The position numbers and the translations under genes are program-made. Of a stretch of 24,792 nucleotides of DNA, positions 17,831 through 24,792 are shown one piece after another. A model generated the notes under the pieces. That model saw only the letters and a list, made by a program, of their open reading frames with translations. It ran no database searches and was not told where the DNA came from. This stretch comes from a virus (lineage: Duplodnaviria > Caudoviricetes), in IMG/VR virus record IMGVR_UViG_3300033388_000331, positions 1-24,792 of that record. One strand, given 5' to 3'. The stretch's first letter is position 1. The number at the start of each line of letters is the position of its first letter.

Positions 17831-18600
17831 TATCTTAACTTTTTCTGTATAGACTTATAAACTTCAAGTCCTTCGTCTGTTTTAAACCACGCAGCCATAG
17901 CTGAATAAGTATTTTCTTCGAAAGGTACGGTCATTAATTTTTTACCATTACTTGCCCACTTAAAAGTTCTTTGATCGTCAGCTAAAGTTATTATTCTAGC
18001 TTCCACAGCTTTTATAGCAAAGTTTCTTAGTTCTACGTTTTCATCTTGAGATAACTCTATTAATAGTCTTGGATTTCTTTTTGCAAAAACTAATATATCT
18101 CTTTTTAACTCTTTAGAACTTAATTTAGAAACAGCTGTACCAACTTCAACTCTTAATATAGCTTCTGCTTTTTCAATATCCATATCATAAGCTAAGTTCA
18201 TAGCTGCTATTTCCATTTCTAAATAATCAAACTCATCTTCAGCTACAACAACCTCATCATGCTCTTTAAATATTAGATTAGAGTGTGGGTGTTTTGCTAA
18301 AAACTGTTGAAGATTTCTTTTTTCTTTAGGCACCAATAGATGACCTTTTTCAAATATAATATGCTTAAGAGTTACATTACCTTTTTGTTCGTCTACAAAA
18401 ACGCTTTGTTGATTAGTAGCGTACCTAAGTTCTCTTTCATACCCTAGCTCTTCATCAAACCAAACTAAAGGATATCTTTTTGAATGTCTACTTGGTAAAG
18501 TATACGTTAAAGGTTCTTTGTTTCCTAATAAGTAATAATTTCTATCTTTATACTCCCAAGTATCTACTACTTTAGAAGATTTTTTTTCTTTTGTTTCCAT
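17830..18600 (-). CDS. Conserved head-module protein of unknown function, 256 aa
   Basis: RELRYATNQQSVFVDEQ, IIFEKGHL, ELKRDILVFAKRNP and WFKTDEG; occupies the post-capsid position seen in crAss-like gene blocks. Confidence 0.8.
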   Translation of the reverse strand: METKEKKSSKVVDTWEYKDRNYYLLGNKEPLTYTLPSRHSKRYPLVWFDEELGYERELRYATNQQSVFVDEQKGNVTLKHIIFEKGHLLVPKEKRNLQQFLAKHPHSNLIFKEHDEVVVAEDEFDYLEMEIAAMNLAYDMDIEKAEAILRVEVGTAVSKLSSKELKRDILVFAKRNPRLLIELSQDENVELRNFAIKAVEARIITLADDQRTFKWASNGKKLMTVPFEENTYSAMAAWFKTDEGLEVYKSIQKKLR

Positions 18601-18620
18601 AATATAATATAATATAATAA
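18601..18620 (-). repeat. (ATATT)n tandem leader abutting ATG 18600
   Basis: + strand aatat x3 then aataa; the same 17-mer cataatataatataata occurs at the scaffold start. Confidence 0.7.
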
Positions 18621-18622
18621 TT

Positions 18623-18650
18623 AAAAAAGACCCCGCCGAAGCGGGATCTT
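18623..18650 (-). terminator. Rho-independent terminator after the capsid operon
   Basis: AAGAUCCCGC-UUCG-GCGGGGUCUU with a cUUCGg tetraloop, followed by UUUU. Confidence 0.9.
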
Positions 18651-18662
18651 ATATTAGTTTAA

Positions 18663-18968
18663 TTAACTGTGAGATTGAACACAATCAGAAACCGCGTAAG
18701 TAGAAGTATCAATTGATACAAGTTTACCTGGGTTTTCTTGTGATTGTCTAAGAGCATCAACTACCAATTTAATGAAAGTTGGTACCGCAGATCCAACAGC
18801 AGCATGAGTCAAAGTAATAATTTGATTCTCACTATGAACCATAGAATAAGTAATTACAGTAGAAGTAGATCCTCCTGTAACTGCTACTATGTTTTCTGTT
18901 GGAATTGGTTTTGTTGTGTTTTCTGATCCTGTTGCAGAACCAGCCACTGTTACATAAATATAACTCAT
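18663..18968 (-). CDS. Small hypothetical protein, possible capsid accessory, 101 aa
   Basis: ATG ORF with A-rich leader between the capsid gene and its terminator; Thr/Ser/Val-rich beta strands plus a C-terminal helix. Confidence 0.7.
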   Translation of the reverse strand: MSYIYVTVAGSATGSENTTKPIPTENIVAVTGGSTSTVITYSMVHSENQIITLTHAAVGSAVPTFIKLVVDALRQSQENPGKLVSIDTSTYAVSDCVQSHS

Positions 18969-18998
18969 AATTTCTATATTTTTAAATGTTAATAATTA

Positions 18999-20447
18999 TT
19001 AAGCTCCTTTGAACAACACGAAGTTATTAGCAGCTTGAGTTACTAAACATCTTTCAGATAAGAAACTTACAGTCATCGCATCTAAAGTGTCAGTGTAAGC
19101 ACCACCTACAGAACCAGTTACCCAAGACAAAGGTCTTCTAATATTTGATCCTAACATTTGGTCATATACTGTAGTTGTTCCAGCAGGAACTAATACACCA
19201 TCTATTTCTTTGTCTAATCCCCTTAAAGAAGCATCATTTAGATATTTCCAGTCAGTCTTGTAGAAGTCATAAGAACCTCTTCTGAATCCAGAAAAACCAA
19301 AGTTTAATGCCATATCTCCATCGTTCTCAAAAAGACCGTAAGAAGCAGCTTGAGTAGAAGCAAATCCACCATTAACAGCAGCAATCATGTCGTCAAAATC
19401 AAGAGCCGTAGATCTAGATAAGAATAACATGTTTTCTTCAATAGCACCTTGCTTGTCTAAGTTTTTAAGGATTTCATCAAAATCACCTAAAGCACCTGAA
19501 CCAGGAGCAGCAGCTCCAGCAAAGCCAGAGTATACATTACCTCTTGCTTCAATAGCAGCAAATAAACCTTCAGTACCTTTGATATCACTACTACCACCGG
19601 CTGGTCCATATTGAAAATTAACACCAGCATTAGTCATTAATTCACCTTCAATCATCGCCATTTCTAAGTAATCTTCAAATCTTAATCTTGTTTCAGATTC
19701 AGATTTTAGATACCATAAATATCCTGATTGACCATCTTCAGTTGACACTTCAACCCAACCAATTTGAGCAGCATCAGATCCACTGATTTTAAAGTTATCT
19801 TTAAGAATTAATGGAGAATTGTGGTATTGAGTGAAATTAGGCTCAATAGAACCTTCCATTCCAACCATTCCTTTTCCAAATTCAGAACCGTATACAAATA
19901 CATTACATGCAGCAGCGCCTAAAAGTCCAGCTGGAAAATTAGCAGCAGTTGTTTCATACAATGAGCAAGTAAGGATATCGTTTGTTATACCACCACCTGT
20001 GCTAGTTACAGTTTGAACTAAAGCTTTAGCAGTAACTAAACCTGTAGCTACATCTGATAACAAGATAGTTTGACCTTGTCTTACAGCACCATTTAAGCTT
20101 GGGTTTTCAGCAGCTGTAATATTTAAAGTTACAGTTATATCAGTAGTATTACCACCACCAACAAGAGCAGATGTTACACCTTTATATGCTACGTGTAATC
20201 TATTTTGTTCAGACCAAATAACTTGATCAGAAGTCATAGGCATTTCAGCTCCAACCATTCTCAAGAAACCACCAATAGTTCGGTTTCCGTATCTTTCTAC
20301 CTCTGCTTCGTAAAGCTCTGGTAAATATTGTTGTGCGAAGTTTCCTCCAGCACCACCATCAAACGTTAAGTAGTTTGATTGTAAAGCCATCCTGTTTTGA
20401 GCAGGGACTAATGAAGCAGGAAAACTCCCACCAGTTACAAAACTCAT
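18999..20447 (-). CDS. Major capsid protein (HK97-type, crAss-like family), 482 aa
   Basis: QQYLPELYEAEVERYGNRT, SDQVIWSEQNRLH, VYGSEFGKG, YLWYLKSESETRLRFEDYLE, GTEGLFAAIEARG and ALNFGFSGFRRGSYDFYKTDWKYLND; follows portal and scaffold. Confidence 0.9.
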   Translation of the reverse strand: MSFVTGGSFPASLVPAQNRMALQSNYLTFDGGAGGNFAQQYLPELYEAEVERYGNRTIGGFLRMVGAEMPMTSDQVIWSEQNRLHVAYKGVTSALVGGGNTTDITVTLNITAAENPSLNGAVRQGQTILLSDVATGLVTAKALVQTVTSTGGGITNDILTCSLYETTAANFPAGLLGAAACNVFVYGSEFGKGMVGMEGSIEPNFTQYHNSPLILKDNFKISGSDAAQIGWVEVSTEDGQSGYLWYLKSESETRLRFEDYLEMAMIEGELMTNAGVNFQYGPAGGSSDIKGTEGLFAAIEARGNVYSGFAGAAAPGSGALGDFDEILKNLDKQGAIEENMLFLSRSTALDFDDMIAAVNGGFASTQAASYGLFENDGDMALNFGFSGFRRGSYDFYKTDWKYLNDASLRGLDKEIDGVLVPAGTTTVYDQMLGSNIRRPLSWVTGSVGGAYTDTLDAMTVSFLSERCLVTQAANNFVLFKGA

Positions 20448-20465
20448 AATTTTTAGTTTTAGTTT

Positions 20466-21596
20466 TTATTTTTTACTTTTAAATTTTAACTTAGTACCAT
20501 TATCCCCGCTTATTGCTTTCACTTTTAATCCGTTTATAAATACATCACCATTACTTTGAGATCTTGGTTCTGCGCTTATGTTTTTAGATTTTGCCATAAC
20601 ATCTTTAACAGCATCGGCTTTGCCTTGCTCGTAAAAATGGTTAGCTATAGTGTCTACATTTTTTGCAGCGTAAATAGCTTTGTGATAAGCTCTAGCATCT
20701 GCTATTTCTCCGTCTTTATTTAAGAACTTCTTAATAAACGTTGTTAAGCTTGCTTGATCTTCAGCGACAGTCTCCACATTTTGAACATTGTAGTTAAATT
20801 GTTTTTCTCCAATTTTAAATTCAAAACCTTTGAATTTATCAGAAAAAAGCTCTTTAGTTTTATTGTTAAATATGTCTCGTCTCCTACTAGCTATTTTTTG
20901 GTCTTCGTTATGTTTATTGAAAAACTCCATTGCTTCTTTTTGTTCTTGAGTTACGTTTGATTTCAACTTGATTTCATCGTAATATTTTCTCTTTGTTTCC
21001 TCCAAAAAGCTTTTAGCTTTTGCAATTTCTTCTTTTTTCGCAAGTTTCTTTTTCTTTACCTCGCGTTCTTCATCCATTTCTTCGTCGTAATAAAATTTAT
21101 CTTCCATTATAAATTCTATTTCTTCTTGATCCAAATGAGGTTTAGTATTTTTATAATATTCTTTTAATAAATTAGACTCATCTAACTGAGAGTAATCTCT
21201 ATTTAATCTTGTATAGTCTTCTATACTTCCACCAGTATCTTTCATGAAAGTTATTAGCTTCTCTATATTTTCAGGCATTACAACCTTTTTCTCTACAGGC
21301 GCTTTTATTTCAGACTTGTTACTTGGTTTATTCTCTACTTTTATCTCAGTTATAGGAGATTTTACTTCTTTGATACTTTCTCCGGTAGATTCTTGCTTTG
21401 GTACGTCTGGCTCCACTTTTTCGCCATTTTTGGCATGAACTTGTACATCCACCTTTTTTGTGCTTTGCTCTTGAATGGCATTTTCTTTAGGTTTTTCGTT
21501 AATTGTTACTTTGTGAAGTTTGTCTTCTTGTTTTTTAAATGCTGGTTTTTTAATTTTAAGAGGTTTAGCTTCCTCTTCTTGTTTTGTTTTTGACAT
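20466..21596 (-). CDS. Putative scaffolding protein, 376 aa
   Basis: Highly charged, disordered N-terminus and helical core (PENIEKL...GGSIEDY, HFYEQGKADA); between portal and capsid genes. Confidence 0.75.
   Translation of the reverse strand: MSKTKQEEEAKPLKIKKPAFKKQEDKLHKVTINEKPKENAIQEQSTKKVDVQVHAKNGEKVEPDVPKQESTGESIKEVKSPITEIKVENKPSNKSEIKAPVEKKVVMPENIEKLITFMKDTGGSIEDYTRLNRDYSQLDESNLLKEYYKNTKPHLDQEEIEFIMEDKFYYDEEMDEEREVKKKKLAKKEEIAKAKSFLEETKRKYYDEIKLKSNVTQEQKEAMEFFNKHNEDQKIASRRRDIFNNKTKELFSDKFKGFEFKIGEKQFNYNVQNVETVAEDQASLTTFIKKFLNKDGEIADARAYHKAIYAAKNVDTIANHFYEQGKADAVKDVMAKSKNISAEPRSQSNGDVFINGLKVKAISGDNGTKLKFKSKK
21362..21481 (-). CDS. Nested 39-aa basic protein in the +1 frame of the scaffold gene
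   Basis: ATG 21481 to TAA 21362 gives MPFKSKAQKRWMYKFMPKMAKKWSQTYQSKNLPEKVSKK; A-rich leader CCTAAAGAAA-ATG; resembles recalled small MPFKS-type phage proteins. Confidence 0.75.
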   Translation of the reverse strand: MPFKSKAQKRWMYKFMPKMAKKWSQTYQSKNLPEKVSKK

Positions 21597-21611
21597 AATA
21601 TAATATAATAG
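21597..21611 (-). repeat. (ATATT)n tandem leader abutting scaffold ATG 21596
   Basis: + strand aatat aatat aatag, immediately next to the start codon. Confidence 0.65.
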
Positions 21612-21623
21612 TTAATATAAGGA

Positions 21624-24035
21624 TTAAGTGATTTGTAAATTGTTCAAATCAACTTCTCCACTGTTTTGGTCAGATTCAAAATCTGTAGGTAATAAATCAT
21701 TTTGTCTTTGGTCTATCATTTTACTTTGTTGAGTAGCTTGTATCTTAGTTCTTTTGTCTTTTCTATCTTCAATACTTTGCTCTCTAGCTTGTTCTTTTTG
21801 TACATCTACTTGAGCTAGTTTCATGTCAAACTCAAACTTTTGCATTGCTAGTTCTTTTTTCATTTGCAGCTCAGTCTGCATTCTTTTTATTTCAAACTGT
21901 GATTTTCCTTGTTCGATTTGAAGTTGAGTTTGAGCTAACGCTTGCTGTTTTTGAACTTCAGCTAATGCGGCTTTTTCAGCTGTTTCTGCATTTGCTTGAG
22001 CTTGAGCTTGAATATTAGCTTGTTGAGCTTTTTGATCAGCTTCTTGTTTTTTCTTTCTTCTATATTTTAAAAACTGATTAGCTAATTGAATGTTTCTAAC
22101 TTCACGTATGTCTATAGCATCTTCTAAATATATCTGTCCAGACTTTAATGCTACTTGTATGTTCTCTTCTAGTTTAGCTTTTTCCTCGTCATCCGGTTCT
22201 AGCTGTAAAAATATACCAAAGTCATGTATGTTCAACTCCGTTAGTTCATCTAATGTTCCAACATTAAAAGCTGATATACTGTTTCGTAAAGCTTGTTTAG
22301 TAAAAGGAAAAGCTAATGAATCAGCTATTCTCAGAGATATGTTCTCACACGTTCTGAGAGTAAGATACATACTTGCTTGTAGTATATGTCTTGTAGCTGT
22401 GTTTGAATTAGCTGCAGCCATTTTTTGCAAACCAACTAAAGAATTTTTGTCTGGAGTACTTCCATCTCTAGCTTCGTTTAAACCGGTTACGTCTCTTATC
22501 ATTTGTAGGTAATATTGATAAGTCTGTATTAAAGACTGTATTTTACCACCGCCTGAACCAGTCTGTAGTTCTTGTACTGGTATTTTGCCTCTATTAACAT
22601 CACCGTCTTGAGTTAAAGATCTACCTACTACACTACCAGTTTGAAAATACATATTTAACGCTTCAGCAGGATTATAATTAGTTCCGTTTCCTAAATCTAC
22701 TTCAGCTAATCCATCCATATCTAAGTATACACCGTCTGGAACTACCCTAGCTAGTACTTGCTGTATTTTTAAATGAGTTAGTTGTATCATGTCAGCAAAA
22801 CCTGTTATACGTGATACAAGTGATTCTATACGTCCCTTATACATTCTAGGAGCGCATATATTATAATTCATTTTTACTTTAACAGTGTCAGCAGTGGGTC
22901 TAGTCATATACTCTGATAAGCCCCAGCTCATCATCATAGGGTGACCTAGTATTTTAGCTCCACTATATAAAGTTTCAATAGTTCTAGACACTCTTTCAAA
23001 ATTATCACTTTCAGGTGGATTAAAAAAATCAGGTTTTTCTAATGCTTTTTCTAATCCAAAAGAATTCTTTTTTATTTTAAATACTTGATCACTATATGTT
23101 TTATATTCAAAATAAAGAACTTGAACGGTTAAATCATCTGACCTACCGCTCCAGTTTCTTAAATACTCTGCATTACCTGGATATTTCTGTATAGTTTCCA
23201 TTTCTTCATCTGTAAGATCAGGAAACTGCATCTTTAAGTCTGCTAAAGCTACCGACTTAACTTCTCCAGCATAATATATATCTTCAAAGTTAGGATCTTC
23301 AGTATATGAATAAACTAAGCAAGCTGGATCTACGTAGTCTACGGTTACACCTTCTGCTTTGTTCCAGTTAGTTTTTACAGCACCAATACCTAATACTGTT
23401 AAATCATAATTAAACCTTCTTCTAGTTAGATCATATTTGTTCTTATCTAAAACTTGGTTTATAACTTCTTCTTCTGCTACTTCAACGCTTTGTTTAAAAT
23501 CCATCTGAAGATGTATCTCTAGCTCTTGCTCGTCTTGTGGAGCACTTTCAGGATTTGGAGAATTAAAAGCGTTTATACCTAACGTCTGCTGTGCAGATTG
23601 TAAAAATTTCTTAGCGTTAATATCTGTTAATAAAGCAGTAGCGTATTCAGTTCTTGATCTTGAACAAACTGGATCTTGAGCAAAAGCATTTATTTCAAAA
23701 TTTCTTTGCGATATTCCATTAACAACAATATCAACAAACTTAGATATAACAGGTACAGGTTTCCAGTCTAAATTTAAATAAGATAAATCTCCATTTATAG
23801 CTAATTCATCTTTATATTTTTGAACAGGCTGCTCGCCTCTAGCATATAATCTTAAATTGTGATATTGATTGAAATTTACAGCGTAACCCGGAGTGTTATA
23901 TGCACTTCTATAATTCCTAAACCATTCTCCTTCAATAGCTCTACCGACAGCTAAGCCATATTCTACAGTAGCTTTTTCTGCGTCAGGTACCACCTGGCTT
24001 GGAAAAGAACTATTATTGTTAGTATAAATTTGCAT
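21624..24035 (-). CDS. Portal protein, 803 aa
   Basis: LRLYARGEQ, SYLNLDWKPVPVISKFVDIVVNG and IRDVTGLNEARDG; long Gln/Ala-rich C-terminal coiled coil like the P22-type portal barrel; directly after terminase. Confidence 0.9.
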   Translation of the reverse strand: MQIYTNNNSSFPSQVVPDAEKATVEYGLAVGRAIEGEWFRNYRSAYNTPGYAVNFNQYHNLRLYARGEQPVQKYKDELAINGDLSYLNLDWKPVPVISKFVDIVVNGISQRNFEINAFAQDPVCSRSRTEYATALLTDINAKKFLQSAQQTLGINAFNSPNPESAPQDEQELEIHLQMDFKQSVEVAEEEVINQVLDKNKYDLTRRRFNYDLTVLGIGAVKTNWNKAEGVTVDYVDPACLVYSYTEDPNFEDIYYAGEVKSVALADLKMQFPDLTDEEMETIQKYPGNAEYLRNWSGRSDDLTVQVLYFEYKTYSDQVFKIKKNSFGLEKALEKPDFFNPPESDNFERVSRTIETLYSGAKILGHPMMMSWGLSEYMTRPTADTVKVKMNYNICAPRMYKGRIESLVSRITGFADMIQLTHLKIQQVLARVVPDGVYLDMDGLAEVDLGNGTNYNPAEALNMYFQTGSVVGRSLTQDGDVNRGKIPVQELQTGSGGGKIQSLIQTYQYYLQMIRDVTGLNEARDGSTPDKNSLVGLQKMAAANSNTATRHILQASMYLTLRTCENISLRIADSLAFPFTKQALRNSISAFNVGTLDELTELNIHDFGIFLQLEPDDEEKAKLEENIQVALKSGQIYLEDAIDIREVRNIQLANQFLKYRRKKKQEADQKAQQANIQAQAQANAETAEKAALAEVQKQQALAQTQLQIEQGKSQFEIKRMQTELQMKKELAMQKFEFDMKLAQVDVQKEQAREQSIEDRKDKRTKIQATQQSKMIDQRQNDLLPTDFESDQNSGEVDLNNLQIT

Positions 24036-24039
24036 ATAT

Positions 24040-24792
24040 TTATTTTATTATTTTGGAAATACTTCCTTTATTATCGTATCTTCTTATACCTAAATCAATT
24101 GGTTTTAACTTTTTCTCTTGATTAGGTTTGTATTTATTTTTATTACAAGCCATAATAGCCAAACCTGAACTTATAGATGCATCATGTTTAGTTCTATTAT
24201 TTATATTAAAACGCGCCCAATCTTCTAAAGTTAATTGCATATACATATCACCAAATTCTTCACCCTGTATTCCTACATGCTCTTCTATATATGTTTCTAT
24301 TGCTGCCGCGTGTGCTTGTTTTATATCTTCACTAGAATTAGGTATTCCACCTATTTCTTTTTCTGTCGTAGACAATTTATTCCATATTTTATCAGGACGA
24401 TTCATAGAAAAACCTCTATATCCTCTTCTTTTTAAATAATACAAAAGTCTTGGCTTATTGTTTTCACACAGTATAGGCATACCATAAAATACTAAAGCCA
24501 TTAACACGTCTTCAAAGAATATTTCAGCTGTTTGTGGTCTTGATATATATTCTAAAAAGAAATGATTAGGTGGAGCGTCTTCCATACTGAATTTAGTAAG
24601 ACCGTGTAAAGCTCCATTAGAACCTTTGCCGTCTACGGTTCCTGATATATCGTAACTATCACAACCAAAAGCGCCAATGTGTTCATTACCAGGATATTTA
24701 GTTCCATTTTTTATAATCACTCGGTTTTGAAGGTTTTTAGGTGGAACCCAAGATATTAAAAATCTACCATCTTTATTAGGGTAAAATGTTAC
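24040..24792 (-). CDS. terL: Terminase large subunit, C-terminal nuclease domain (5' end beyond window)
   Basis: Frame is open to the right edge (VTFYPNKDGRFLISWVPP...); RNase H-like motifs GAFGCDSYD, LCENNK and TKHDASISSGLA. Confidence 0.9.
   Translation of the reverse strand, partial: VTFYPNKDGRFLISWVPPKNLQNRVIIKNGTKYPGNEHIGAFGCDSYDISGTVDGKGSNGALHGLTKFSMEDAPPNHFFLEYISRPQTAEIFFEDVLMALVFYGMPILCENNKPRLLYYLKRRGYRGFSMNRPDKIWNKLSTTEKEIGGIPNSSEDIKQAHAAAIETYIEEHVGIQGEEFGDMYMQLTLEDWARFNINNRTKHDASISSGLAIMACNKNKYKPNQEKKLKPIDLGIRRYDNKGSISKIIK

Noticed and set aside
21625-21641. + strand TAAGTGATTTGTAAATT resembling the 18-mer motif as an antisense promoter
   Set aside because: Needs an indel and mismatches, lies in portal coding sequence, and is plausible by chance in AT-rich DNA
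441-24439. All + strand ORFs in the track (60-143 aa)
   Set aside because: They are antisense shadows of long - strand genes, with Ser/Leu/Phe-rich composition and no recognisable motifs
1-24792. Stop-codon reassignment as in some crAss-like phages; CRISPR arrays, tRNAs, introns or inteins
   Set aside because: Genes are intact under code 11 and the main ones end in TAA. Intergenic gaps are too short for RNA genes or arrays, and no intein or intron signatures were seen.

Overview
Low-GC (about one third by eye) virion morphogenesis module of a tailed dsDNA phage, entirely on the - strand. It resembles crAss-like or marine Flavobacteria podoviruses, and AU-rich starts without Shine-Dalgarno sites point to a Bacteroidota host. 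Order in transcription direction: terminase large subunit (partial), portal, scaffold, major capsid, 101-aa protein, terminator, 256-aa conserved protein, promoter-like motif plus terminator, two tail ring proteins, a nozzle apparently split over two genes, a cupin, two ejection-type proteins, and a giant ORF of at least 2301 aa. The giant ORF is missing from the ORF track because it runs off the left edge; it carries a zincin, a sigma-region-2-like segment, a His-Me-like motif and a HAD phosphatase domain. Two hidden coding layers stand out. (1) A candidate programmed -1 frameshift at codon 50 of the giant gene (G_GAA_AAG, 6-nt spacer, stem or pseudoknot) would give an 86-aa Cys-rich product. 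(2) A 39-aa basic gene (MPFKSKAQKRWMY...) is nested in the +1 frame of the scaffold gene. The capsid gene may also lack about 16 normally conserved codons. Family assignments come from motifs, gene order and recall; no searches were run.
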